A DNA stretch of 64,000 nucleotides, taken from positions 3,040,001 to 3,104,000 of the forward strand of contig CBDFJF010000002.1 of NCBI GenBank assembly GCA_965248265.1. Reading direction: 5' to 3'. The number at the start of each line of letters is the position of its first letter. The first letter of the stretch is position 1. A program made the position numbers and the translations under genes. A model generated the notes under the pieces. The model did no database searches. It saw only the letters and a list, made by a program, of their open reading frames with translations, and had not been told where the DNA came from. Of the stretch, positions 9,363 through 19,462 are shown piece by piece. This DNA is from Candidatus Latescibacterota bacterium (GTDB lineage Bacteria > Latescibacterota > UBA2968 > UBA8231).

Positions 9363-11369
9363 TTATCGAACAGGCGTGACCGGGATCGGTTTGTGCTCTT
9401 TCCCGATCATCTCTGTATAGACCACGAACTTGAACGGATTGAAGAACTGTGCGGCGCTCCGAAGCCTATCTGCAGCCTCCTCTTTCAGCTGGATAATGCC
9501 CAAGTTTTCCTGGTAGCGCTTCTCTGCTGCCACGGCGAACTGCAATGCTAACTCGTTATCGCCTCCATCAATCATCCTGCGCAGCACGTCTTCGACTTGG
9601 CCCTCCGAAAGCCCAAGATAGAGCTCCAGGAATCTCCCATACTCCACTGACGTCAGCGCGTCGAGACCACCAGGCTCCATGCCGGTCACGTCTTCCTGCC
9701 AAATTCCGGTCAAGTGATCTGCCACACGGGCGATGATATAGTCGCGCGGCGCGAGGTAGCTAAAGAGCGCTTCCGGATCGTTCTGCAATCCAGGAACGAT
9801 TAGGTTGAGTCGGACGATGTCCTTAACCGAGTAGCCGTTTTTCACATGCCTTCGAGTCTCGCCAACAAGCCATTCATAGGCGTCCCGGAATGCTCGGAGT
9901 TGTTTGTTTGTCCCGTAAAGCACTGTAATTCCGAGGTGGCCGTGGAGAATGTGCTCGGGGTGCCGGTGAAGCACCTGGTCCATCGTGTCCAATGCCTCAT
10001 CGACGAAACCCTCTTCCACCCACGGCTCGCCATAGAACGGCATCAAGGCATCGCCCATGAATACGACGTCCAAGCTTGGGACACTAATGAGCAAAGCGTC
10101 TTCAGTCTCTCCACCGGTCACGGGAATGAGCTCGAACAGGCTACCACCGACCATGACCTCGGTATGGTCACTCACCGCGACATCCGGCTTGTAGGCGTTG
10201 ACCCATTCGTCCTGGAAACCGGCTCCGCGGAATTGCTTATACGTGTGGTGCCGGAGCACGCGCTCGACCGTGCCCGTGTAATTGTCACGGCCGTAGAAGG
10301 TTATTTCTGGAGTCAGGGTCTTCAGATAGGTGAAGCCACCGATATGATCCCAATGGGCGTGGGTGACGAATACTGTCGTCAGCGGCGGCAAATCGGGATA
10401 TCGCTGCACTAAGAATTTATACGCGCCTTCCATGCTGTAAGGCTGGGTCCCTGCATCAATCGAGATCAGTTTCTGACCGTCGGCGGAAACAACGAAGTGG
10501 ATGTCCGAGAAACCAAAGCCCCGCACGGCGAGAACACGGCCGGGAACGATCCCCTCAATCGATGGCGTCGGGGCAAATAGAAGGCCCTTTTCCTTCGTCG
10601 TCGCAAACCAGCCCATGAACAGAGCTTTGGGCTCGTAGTCCTCATACCCGCTCTTCTTTAGATACTCTTCAGCCAGCGCTCCCTCGCCGTTTTCGGCATA
10701 AAGCTTGGCCAAGTGGTGATACACCTCGCGGTAAAAGCCCGGCGTGGGCTCGAGTTGCGGCCGCTCGACGAGCCACAGAAGTTCGGCCTTCGCCTCGTCG
10801 CCCTTGCCGAAGAAGCCCGGGACTTGGGCGTAGATCAGACCGGCCGACCAGCGAACGAGCGGGTTCTCCTTGGATAGAGCCTTCGCCTCTTCCAGAACGT
10901 CGAAGGTATCAAGCACCCAGAAGATGCGACCGGGGATCGGAACACGCTCGGCGTAGGTGGCTCGTAGGAGTGCGTACGCCGATAGATGAACAGCCCGGAT
11001 GTCGTCGGTCATCCCGTTCTCATAGCGCTTCAGCAGCCGCTCGAGAAACGACAAGCCGCGTTCTTGCTGATTGGTGACGATATACGCATTCGTCAGCAGG
11101 AAGATGGGTCTCGGATCCGAGATCGGCCCGTAGGAGAGGACGACTTCGTAGAAAGCGATGCCTGAATGGAAGCTGCGATCACCCTCAGTCTGGCCGAAAC
11201 CTTCAAACACTTCCGCTGGCGCAAGCGATGTGGACAAGCCAGCTTCAATGACCCTTTGCATCGGCTTAGCCTCCGCCCCGAGTGGCTCCACATCTGCAGT
11301 ATCTCTTGACGGCGCACAGGCGGCCAAAACGAACATGCTCGCAGCCAAAATTGATCGATTCGGTCTCAT
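9363..11369 (-). CDS. Lipoprotein MBL-fold metallo-hydrolase with helical/TPR-like N-domain (alkyl-sulfatase-like)
   Basis: Lipobox LAAC. MBL motifs THAHWDH, GGET, MGD and HGH. Confidence 0.8.
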   Translation of the reverse strand: MRPNRSILAASMFVLAACAPSRDTADVEPLGAEAKPMQRVIEAGLSTSLAPAEVFEGFGQTEGDRSFHSGIAFYEVVLSYGPISDPRPIFLLTNAYIVTNQQERGLSFLERLLKRYENGMTDDIRAVHLSAYALLRATYAERVPIPGRIFWVLDTFDVLEEAKALSKENPLVRWSAGLIYAQVPGFFGKGDEAKAELLWLVERPQLEPTPGFYREVYHHLAKLYAENGEGALAEEYLKKSGYEDYEPKALFMGWFATTKEKGLLFAPTPSIEGIVPGRVLAVRGFGFSDIHFVVSADGQKLISIDAGTQPYSMEGAYKFLVQRYPDLPPLTTVFVTHAHWDHIGGFTYLKTLTPEITFYGRDNYTGTVERVLRHHTYKQFRGAGFQDEWVNAYKPDVAVSDHTEVMVGGSLFELIPVTGGETEDALLISVPSLDVVFMGDALMPFYGEPWVEEGFVDEALDTMDQVLHRHPEHILHGHLGITVLYGTNKQLRAFRDAYEWLVGETRRHVKNGYSVKDIVRLNLIVPGLQNDPEALFSYLAPRDYIIARVADHLTGIWQEDVTGMEPGGLDALTSVEYGRFLELYLGLSEGQVEDVLRRMIDGGDNELALQFAVAAEKRYQENLGIIQLKEEAADRLRSAAQFFNPFKFVVYTEMIGKEHKPIPVTPVR

Positions 11370-11489
11370 TTTGGCCTCAGCTCTATGGCCGCGCTGCGCT
11401 CATACAGCCCGGGAGAGGCGCTGTGAACCTTGGTCTCATTGCTCATGTGTCGATTGCTGTCCTTTCAGCAGTGTGCACGTTACCTCTCT

Positions 11490-12518
11490 TCAAAACTGAT
11501 TGACTCGACCATAGCACTCGCCGCCGGCGTCAAGCTGGATACGGCTTCCCACAGCGCTCTGGACGAACGAGTCGGGGAAGCGGACAGCAAGGCGTTGCAT
11601 AGCCTTCCAGCCCGTGCAGTGAGCCGGAAGTAACAAGGACGGGGAGAGGGCGGCGAGCCCGCAGATGGTCGAATCGATGATCGGCTCAAACATCGGACCG
11701 CTCAGATGGAAGCCGCCGATGATCGCGCAGACGCACCGCTCCCCGGTTAGCTTGAGTGCGTAACGAACGGTGTTCACTATCCCGGCGTGCCCGCAGCCGC
11801 TGATCACGACAAGGCCTCGTTCGCGGAGGTTCAGCACGATTGCCTGGTCGTCGAGGATCAACGGGTCGGCCTGCCACGCGCCATCGCGATGCGCCTCATG
11901 GCCGGGGAAGCCGACTTCGAACTGGGTGGTGCGATCGACCTCGCCGGTAATGAGCACCGAGCCATCGAGCAGGAAGGACGGGTGATGCTCCTCGACGATC
12001 TCAAAACCGATGCCCTCCAGCGCTGAGCGGCTCGGTGACGGTAGCTCCAGGGGGTCGATGCCGGGGAACGCGATCCGGCGCCTGCTCCAAAAATCGGGAT
12101 GGATGAAGACAGGCACATTCGCCCGGCCGAGTTCCCTGGAGATCCCCTCCATGCCTGTCACGTGATCCCAGTGGCCATGACTGAGAACGATCAGTTCGAT
12201 ATCGCCGAGCGGGATCTCGAGTCGGTGCATGTTCTCGACGACGCCGTACGGACTCACCCCCGCATCGAAGAGGATCCGATGCTTACGGTCACCTTTGGTG
12301 ACTGTGACGAGCGCCGAAAACCCATGCTCGGCCACGAGTTGGGCGGGCGCCTCGACGCCGGTGAGCACCGCCGTCGGCACACGCGGGCCAGACGCCATGT
12401 TGAAGAAGTTCGCACGCTTGACCGGCCCGGCGTCCAGGAGCGTCGGATCCGTGACGTTGTCCATCAGGATCTGGACCGTGAGCGCGTCGACCGGTTCGAG
12501 CCTGATCGAATCCAACAC
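11490..12518 (-). CDS. MBL-fold metallo-hydrolase (COG1237-like)
   Basis: AEHGFS, LFDAG, SHGHWDH, SGCGHAG, GGFHL, PAHCTG. Confidence 0.88.
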   Translation of the reverse strand: MLDSIRLEPVDALTVQILMDNVTDPTLLDAGPVKRANFFNMASGPRVPTAVLTGVEAPAQLVAEHGFSALVTVTKGDRKHRILFDAGVSPYGVVENMHRLEIPLGDIELIVLSHGHWDHVTGMEGISRELGRANVPVFIHPDFWSRRRIAFPGIDPLELPSPSRSALEGIGFEIVEEHHPSFLLDGSVLITGEVDRTTQFEVGFPGHEAHRDGAWQADPLILDDQAIVLNLRERGLVVISGCGHAGIVNTVRYALKLTGERCVCAIIGGFHLSGPMFEPIIDSTICGLAALSPSLLLPAHCTGWKAMQRLAVRFPDSFVQSAVGSRIQLDAGGECYGRVNQF

Positions 12519-12583
12519 GCGTTCTTGACCCTCCCACGTTGACTAGAGACCCGATCAGGTGGTTGCGCGCCCAGTCCTGGCTT

Positions 12584-13126
12584 TCATCGTCCGGTTCCTT
12601 CACGTAGCAAGGCCGGTGCGATGGTTTCGCGCACGTGCCCGTCGGTGACGTCATAGACGTAGCCAGCAACGACCAGTTCGTCCGGCAGAGTCGGCGCGGC
12701 TCGGAGCCGGTCGAGGTCCTCGGCCACGCTGATCCGCGGGTCGGTGATGGCAAGCCTTTCGATCGCTGCCTCGTCGACCCCGGCGGCTTGCCCCATCCTC
12801 TGTCTAACCTGAGGTTTGGCGAAGCGGCTGGCTCCACAATCGGTGTGATGGAGGACGGCAACCTCTATGGCACCCGCGCCGGCGACGAAGGCCAACCCCC
12901 TGAGAATCGAGATTTGCTCGATGACCTCGTCGGTGACTCGCCCACCGATGTTGCGCATTACGACGGCGTCCCCCAGCTCGAGACCGAAAAGGTGCGCAGG
13001 GTCGACCCGAGCGTCGAGACAGGTCAGGACCAGTGTTGAGAGGCGCGGCGGCAGACTGAGCTTCCCGTGTGTGAAGCTGTCGGCGAACTCGAGGTTGCGA
13101 TGGATAAGGGTGTGCACATCAGCCAT
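12584..13126 (-). CDS. Beta-class carbonic anhydrase (small, clade-D-like)
   Basis: CLDARV, RNIGGRV and HHTDCG zinc motifs. GGAGG RBS before ATG 13126. Confidence 0.88.
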   Translation of the reverse strand: MADVHTLIHRNLEFADSFTHGKLSLPPRLSTLVLTCLDARVDPAHLFGLELGDAVVMRNIGGRVTDEVIEQISILRGLAFVAGAGAIEVAVLHHTDCGASRFAKPQVRQRMGQAAGVDEAAIERLAITDPRISVAEDLDRLRAAPTLPDELVVAGYVYDVTDGHVRETIAPALLREGTGR

Positions 13127-13200
13127 CGTAGTCCTCCGTGATTGGCAAGGAGGTGTCATCCACACGAATTCTCCTGACGCAACCTGCATGAAATTGCCAC

Positions 13201-14109
13201 TCACTCCATCCAATCTCGAATGGCCTCAGCGGCTTCATCCCCGCAATCTTCCTGCCAAAAATGCCCTGCCTCGAGTGGCACCGTTTTGGTATCGGAAAAA
13301 GTCTCTTCGAATCGTTTTCTTGCCGATTCCTGAAAGGCGAAATCTCGACTACCCCAGAGCAAAAGGGTTGGCCTATCCGCAATTTGCGAAAGCCCACTTT
13401 CAACTTCCTGCAGATACGGTCGCGCCTTTAGCAGCAAGCGTGGGGATATGGACGTCTGTTTGCGGTTTCGCCGCTGATGAAAAGGGGCCAGATACATTTG
13501 CAACACGCGCTTGTCCGGTTTGTTGACCAGTCCTTTCTTGAAGAAGAACCGAGCGACGCCATTGAACAGATAAGCTATTGTCCGGCCCACGGGACCACCC
13601 ATGATTCGACTGAACATGGCTGTTCCTATTTCGCCTTGCAGAGGCCATGCGAATGTATTCCCGATAACCAGACGATCGACCAGCCTGGGGTTTCTTGCGG
13701 CAAAGCCCAGTCCTACGGGTCCTCCCCAATCCTGAACCACCAACGTAAGTGATGTGAGTTCCAGTCCGGCGACAAATCTTTCTACAATTTCGCTATGTTC
13801 TCCCGGCGTAAAACCATAGTCCGGCGGCGCCTCCGTCAATCCAAATCCGGGGTAATCCAGTGCGATGCAGCGGCAGGAATTCCGGAGCGAAAGAATCACT
13901 TTTCGATAGAGAAAGGACCAGGATGGATTGCCGTGCAACATCAGAATTGTCGGTCCCTTGCCCTCGTCCACGTAGTGAACTCGGATACCGTTTTCCAACT
14001 CCAGAAATTGACTTTCGAATGGGAAAAGTTCTCGATCTACTTCGAATTTCAGCGATTGATCTGCCATACTTTCTCTAGCCATTTGTGTGTCGGTATTGGG
14101 TGCTGTCAA
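13201..14109 (-). CDS. Haloalkane dehalogenase-like alpha/beta hydrolase
   Basis: HGNPSWSFLYR, DYPGFG, nucleophile QDWGG, AGHFWQED. Confidence 0.88.
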   Translation of the reverse strand: MTAPNTDTQMARESMADQSLKFEVDRELFPFESQFLELENGIRVHYVDEGKGPTILMLHGNPSWSFLYRKVILSLRNSCRCIALDYPGFGLTEAPPDYGFTPGEHSEIVERFVAGLELTSLTLVVQDWGGPVGLGFAARNPRLVDRLVIGNTFAWPLQGEIGTAMFSRIMGGPVGRTIAYLFNGVARFFFKKGLVNKPDKRVLQMYLAPFHQRRNRKQTSISPRLLLKARPYLQEVESGLSQIADRPTLLLWGSRDFAFQESARKRFEETFSDTKTVPLEAGHFWQEDCGDEAAEAIRDWME

Positions 14110-14151
14110 TCAGGGTCACTAGGACTTCACATTTTCAGTGGGAGACGATAG

Positions 14152-15107
14152 TTACTGCCCTGTTCGGGGGCAAGTCCGGAGACCCTCCGCGAGGGGGACC
14201 CGGCTGGCCCGGAGGACCTGGATTTCTTCCCACCGGCATTCCAGGCTCACGGTTGGGAGGTTCTCGAAATTGAGGACGGACAGGTACAAATAGGCCACCG
14301 ACACCAGGCTCAACGCGAGATACAGGCGGCGTAGATCCCACCGCTCCCCGTAATTAGAACGGTGCTCCGCAACAAACCCTGCGGCCTTGCTGACGAAGGG
14401 GAACCCGTTGTGGCGACTAATCGCCTCGTAGATTTCGTTGAACTCCAAGGAAGATAGCTTGTATTCCTTTGAAAACATCGACTTTAGCAGCTGCCTGGCC
14501 ATGAACCGAGAGCGTTGGCCAAACCAGGTGACCATGCCTCCGAGCGGTGATCTTAGCGCTGGTGTCGTCATAAGCGGGTGACTATGTGCGTCGGTGAAAT
14601 ACCCGCCGTTTATCAGCAAGACACCTTCGATAATAGGGCTAAAGTCGGTGTCATCTTTCATTCGTTCTTCTTGCCTGCTGAGGAGTTCCAGCGTAACCAA
14701 CGAGGAATAATCGAACGACACGATGAATGTGGACTGAATTCCCTTCGATTCCCACTGCGCCTCAACCAGATCGGCGCGCTCCATCGTTCCATAGGGATAC
14801 TTTGAAGGTTTGTCTGAGTCGCCTTGGCCTACATATTCAACGTGGATTTTGGCGTCATGCCATTGTCACCCAGATAATGGTCAACCTTAGCTCAGCCGAA
14901 GGAGCCGTCAGGAAATCCAGGTAGGAACGTCGTCCACACTGATTGATCACCCTGCCCTCCATCGCCGAGTGCGACACGCTCAAAGACCTGGATCGCATCC
15001 GAGGGGTCCGTTCTCTCGCCAGATCTCAGTATTTTTTTTCTTACCGGGTCGTACGGGATTCTCGTACCCGATGAGAACCATTCCTGGGCGGTGACATGGT
15101 CAGTCAT
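14152..15107 (-). pseudogene. Alpha/beta hydrolase (MEST-like), disrupted
   Basis: LPGFPDGSFG then TGA at a normal Trp position, a frameshift before YVGQGDSDKP...MERADLVEA, and loss of the C-terminus. Confidence 0.75.
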
Positions 15108-15360
15108 GGTTGCTACCTCCTCGAATTAGCCAATGGCGGCACAAGGTAGCACGCGAGAAAACTCCCACTTCAGACCATGGCCGAGCGATGTTTATCGACA
15201 CATCGAGGTCGGCGGCATCTCCAGCATCTCATAGTAGGGTGTGTCGCTGGCCCGTCTTTCAGCTGCACCTCCGCCTGGTGCATGAATGACAGCGGCTTTC
15301 ATGGTCGTCATTGTCGTGGCTCTGCGTTATCCTCCTTGAAAATCGCGTTGAACGGGCCGA

Positions 15361-15415
15361 TTACCGCGGATTGGCGGTAGAGAAGCAGTAACGCGCGATC
15401 TTCCACTTGCCGTCG
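15361..15415 (-). pseudogene. NTF2/SnoaL-like protein, C-terminal remnant
   Basis: The frame reads DGKWKIARYCFSTANPR*, a typical C-terminus for this family, with no upstream body. Confidence 0.45.
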
Positions 15416-15523
15416 TGACCGGTTTGTGGCCCGTAAAGCAGGCCATCTCGCCGAACGGGGAAGACCTGGCCGATCGCGGACTTTACGTCCCATCGGGCAA
15501 GACAAGGTGCCAGTGCCTACCGC

Positions 15524-16112
15524 TCAATTTCCCGCAAGGCGCTCAACAGCTTCGTCCGTAGTCCACACCGCATTGGCCATAAACCGGAAATTGATGAGAG
15601 CCGCCAGATAGCCATCGCCCTCCGGAATCTGTGCGGCGGCCGTCGCGTCCTTGATGACGGCGATCTCAAAACCTTGCTCCAACAGCTCGTGCATGTGTGC
15701 TTGTACACAGAGATTGGCAGACATCCCAGCAAGCAGGACCTGATCGATATGCTGTTTTCGCAACTGCAATACGAGGTCATTCTGCTCGGGTCCGTACACC
15801 TTGTGTGGGGACGCAATTGTCGTCTTGCCGTCAAACAAATAGGGCTTGTACTGAGGCATAAAATCAGCGCCGGAATTCTCGAATCCGTCCATCGAATAAG
15901 CTGAGGTCCGATCGAACATGCTGATAGCATGCATGACCTTTTCAAGCGCACCCTCGAATTTCCACCCGTGGTCTGTCGGATAGTAATAGTGAGGTGATAT
16001 AAACACCGGAATTCCATGTTCCTTTGCAGTCTTAAACAGCTGTCCGATGTGTTCGACCGTTTTGTTCTGGGTGACACTATTGCCCACAAGCCCCCACGTA
16101 ACGCCATCAGGG
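15524..16112 (-). pseudogene. Isochorismatase-family cysteine hydrolase, 5'-truncated
   Basis: PHKVYGPEQNDL and AGMSANLCV present. The N-terminal catalytic Asp segment is missing; similarity begins at PDGVTWGLVG. Confidence 0.75.
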
Positions 16113-16311
16113 CGATGACGCCATTGAGATAATCCGCAAACAAATGAAAATCACCGTGCCCATCCTCGTCCTGTCGGGAGAAATCAAGACTGAGGTCATG
16201 GCGAGACTGAAGGCACTAGGAATCTCTGCCTTCGTGGCCAAATCGGCCGACTTCACCAGCAGGCTCAGCGAAGAAGTGGACAAGGCTCTCTCCGAGCAAC
16301 ACGACACCTGA
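16111..16311 (+). pseudogene. Response-regulator receiver domain, C-terminal half
   Basis: GDDAIEIIRKQMKITVPILVLSG...LGISAFVAK...EQHDT*. No start codon or phospho-Asp region. Confidence 0.6.
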
Positions 16312-16461
16312 CCGGCACGCACGACAGATGGAAGCCGCAGGCCGACGAGCAGATGCACCTGCGCAACGGGTATCTCGTCGGACACGCGCCTTGATCGACG
16401 ACTTCGCCGGCTATACTATGGTGTGTTAACCGAATTAACGCCAAAACACACAGGTCGAATC

Positions 16462-17877
16462 ATGCCAAAACTCAGCTCTGTTCGCTTCAAGATCCTGGCC
16501 CCGCTCGGGCTCTTTGTTCTTGCTATCGCCGGTTTCAACTCCCTCTACTTCCCCGCTCAGGAAGAGGAGCTCATCAACGTGCTCTTCCAAGAGCGGCTGC
16601 GGAAGGCAGTCGATACCCTCGCTCTCGGGGCCGGCATATCCATCAATGCGGGCGATCTGGAGGGCGCCGAGGCCACGGTGGATTTCCTGAAGGCGGACGA
16701 GCACATCGCCTTTCTCATCGTCGCCGATGGCGACGGCACGGAGCTCATCACCGATGGGGACGACCAGCGTCCATCAGAGCTTGATGCGACTTCGGTTGCG
16801 CGCCTCTCCGTCGGGAAGTTCATAGAGTCAGGACATTTCCTCGTTCTGAGAGATATGATCCGCTTCGGCGACGAGACGCTCGGTTCCGCCACCGTCGGTC
16901 TGGATACGAGTGAGCGCGACCGGGCCATCCGCGAGAGCATGACCATTGCCTTCCTGCTGAGCGCCGCGGTTGCTGCGTTCGGTATTGGCCTGTTGCTCTA
17001 CATCCAGCATATGACCGGCAATCTCCGATCGATAATCGGCCAGGCGCAGAGATCCGGAATACAGATAACCTCTTCAGTCACCCAGATCTCGGCCACCGGC
17101 CGACAACTCGAAGCTGCGGTGAACGAGCAGGCGGCTTCCACGAACCAGGTCGTGGCCACAGCCAAGGAGATCTCGGCGACCTCTCAGGAGCTGGTGGGCA
17201 CGATGGGAGAAGTGTCGACTATGGCGGAGCAGACGGCCGAATCGGCGGACTCGGGTCAGCAAGGGATCACGCAGATGGAACAGTCGATGAGGGAGATGGA
17301 GGAAGGCAGCAGCTCCATATCGGACAAACTTTCCAGGATCAATGACAAAGCAAGCAACATCAGCTCCGTCGTCACGACGATTACGAAGGTCGCGGATCAG
17401 ACGAACCTGCTATCTCTCAACGCCGCCATCGAAGCCGAGAAGGCGGGCGAATATGGCGCCGGTTTTGCGGTGGTTGCCCGCGAGATCCGCCGCCTTGCTG
17501 ACCAAACAGCTGTGGCGACGCTCGATATAGAAGGGACCGTCGAGGAGATGCGCTCGTCAGTCTCAGCAGGCGTTATGGGCATGGACGGATTCATGGCGGA
17601 GATCCGCCAAGGCTCCGATGTCGTGAGATCGGTGGGTACGCAATTGGGGGGGATCATCGATCAAGTCCAGACGCTTCAGCCCCGGTTCGAAACGGTCGAA
17701 CGCGGCATGGAGGCCCAGTCCGTGGGGGCGCGGCAGATCAGCGAGGCCATGGTTCAGCTCAACGACACGGCGCAGCAGACGGCGACCTCTCTGCAGGAGA
17801 CGAATGCTGCGCTGGAACAGTTGAGCAAGGCCACTCACGATCTGCAGGACGAGATCGGGCGCCAAGATATGGATTAG
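16462..17877 (+). CDS. Methyl-accepting chemotaxis protein (WspA-like)
   Basis: Two TM segments around a periplasmic domain. Signalling motif [34 protein letters not shown]. Confidence 0.9.
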   Translation: MPKLSSVRFKILAPLGLFVLAIAGFNSLYFPAQEEELINVLFQERLRKAVDTLALGAGISINAGDLEGAEATVDFLKADEHIAFLIVADGDGTELITDGDDQRPSELDATSVARLSVGKFIESGHFLVLRDMIRFGDETLGSATVGLDTSERDRAIRESMTIAFLLSAAVAAFGIGLLLYIQHMTGNLRSIIGQAQRSGIQITSSVTQISATGRQLEAAVNEQAASTNQVVATAKEISATSQELVGTMGEVSTMAEQTAESADSGQQGITQMEQSMREMEEGSSSISDKLSRINDKASNISSVVTTITKVADQTNLLSLNAAIEAEKAGEYGAGFAVVAREIRRLADQTAVATLDIEGTVEEMRSSVSAGVMGMDGFMAEIRQGSDVVRSVGTQLGGIIDQVQTLQPRFETVERGMEAQSVGARQISEAMVQLNDTAQQTATSLQETNAALEQLSKATHDLQDEIGRQDMD

Positions 17878-18062
17878 GGCACCAGGCCGTCCTGACATGC
17901 AGGCAAGGAGTTAGGCATGAATAGGCACATCACGGGCGCCGGTCTTGTGCGAGGAGATGCGGACAACTGGTCACATGGGCCAAACAGTGCCGGTTCTTTA
18001 TCGTATCCGTGACTTCACCATCAAGTCGACTTAGCGGGAAGCCTCGAAAGCAGGAGGTAGAG

Positions 18063-18452
18063 ATGCGGAGCAGATCACAGTTCAGCCCCATCGTTCTGTT
18101 TGTGGTCTTTGCGGTGACCCAGGCGAATGTCGGTCCGGCCTTCACGCAGGATGATATCTATATCAGTGGATACGGTAACGTCCATTACATGAAGCACGAC
18201 GGCATGCCCGCCACCGTCGGATCACCACCCCTTGACAACGGATTTTTTCAGCTCAGAGAGTTCTCGCTCTTCTTCGACTTCCTGATAACAGACTCGATCA
18301 TCGCTTCTACCGAAATCGAGGCCGGCGACAATGGCAACACATTTACCTCCAATTACGCCTACGTTGACATTCAGACGATCGGTGTGAACCATTCCGCATC
18401 GGAGGAGGACGGAACATGGATAGGAAAATGCTCATGTTGGCTTCCGCTATAG
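18063..18452 (+). pseudogene. Outer-membrane porin-like protein, N-terminal fragment
   Basis: AGGAGG RBS, signal peptide, amphipathic strands (IYISGYGNV...FSLFFD...STEIE...NYAYVD). The ORF then runs into the cupin gene. Confidence 0.5.
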
Positions 18453-19108
18453 GGTTTACGCTTGTTTGCCCGTCACAGTTAGTGGCTCATGATTCTGACA
18501 GTAGTCTACCGGAGCCGACAGTGACCTACTCCGAAAAGGATGAACGGGAAGGAGAAACGGTCGCGCACGGCGAACTCATCAGCGGCATCGATGCAACCAG
18601 AAAGGCGCTTCACTCGCTTCATCACCCACACGGAATCATCGAGAACCGGAGGATTCCCGGGAATTTCGAGAGACCGGCGATGAATAAAGTGAGCGACTTC
18701 GCGCTGTCGAAGGATGACCTCGTTGTCATCAATCCAGGCCCAGGAGAATACGTTCACGTGATGGAAGGGCAGCGTCACGGCTACCGCAGCTTGACCATTG
18801 GCATCACCTACACCGCCCCAGGCGGCGCCCCACCCATGCACACCCACAAGGGCGAAGAGTCCCACGTCCTGACCAAGGGACAGACAGTCCTGTATGCGCT
18901 TGGCGATGAGATCTTCGTCTTCGAGGGTCCTTACATGGTGAACATACCACCCATGGTTCCGCACTCCTTTCAGAATCTCGACGACGAAGTTGCGGAACTG
19001 GTGGTGATCTTTCCGACCAACGTCTGGGAGTATGATGTGCTGGACAATTTCCCATTCTCGACGCCGCGCGCCAAGGCACTCGTGGACAGCGTGAAAGCAG
19101 CAAAGTAG
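18416..19108 (+). CDS. Secreted cupin domain protein
   Basis: GGAGGA RBS, signal peptide, PPMHTHKGEE...IPPMVPHSFQN cupin motifs. Confidence 0.85.
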   Translation: MDRKMLMLASAIGFTLVCPSQLVAHDSDSSLPEPTVTYSEKDEREGETVAHGELISGIDATRKALHSLHHPHGIIENRRIPGNFERPAMNKVSDFALSKDDLVVINPGPGEYVHVMEGQRHGYRSLTIGITYTAPGGAPPMHTHKGEESHVLTKGQTVLYALGDEIFVFEGPYMVNIPPMVPHSFQNLDDEVAELVVIFPTNVWEYDVLDNFPFSTPRAKALVDSVKAAK

Positions 19109-19134
19109 ATCGAGTAGAAGACGTACAAACAAAC

Positions 19135-19391
19135 AGAGCCAGCCTCTCCAGGTCCTCCTGCGCCTCAGAGATCTTGTGAGGCAATTCGTCCAGAGACCGC
19201 TTGTGGAAACCGAACAAGTCTTGCGCAGCCTTCTGGCGTTCCCGCTCGTGCCCGAGTGTCACTCGAACCGAACGGAGCTCCTCAATCAAGATCTGTAGTG
19301 CTTTCTTCTGGGCTTGGAGGCGGTAAGTGAGGAACACACGGGCGCCGATGGCGAGGAAGATCAGAAGGAAAACCAATACGTTTGCGGACAT
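19135..19391 (-). CDS. Small TM/coiled-coil hypothetical protein, probably 3'-truncated
   Basis: AGGAG RBS, N-terminal TM, then a coiled coil. The ORF runs on antisense into the cupin gene. Confidence 0.4.
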
Positions 19392-19462
19392 CGCTGCTCC
19401 TGCGTACGACTGAAGGGCGGTCCCAGCGCGGACGTCGTCAATGCGCCGAACAGCGATCAGAT

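Noticed and set aside
14135-14341. Collagen-like GPPGQPGPPRGG peptide
   Set aside because: Only about three triplets, in a short overlapping ORF within pseudogene debris.
14892-14894. In-frame TGA in the MEST-like hydrolase as a second Sec site
   Set aside because: It falls at a Trp position (GSFG-W-AKV) and is followed by a frameshift and truncation, so it is an ordinary nonsense mutation.
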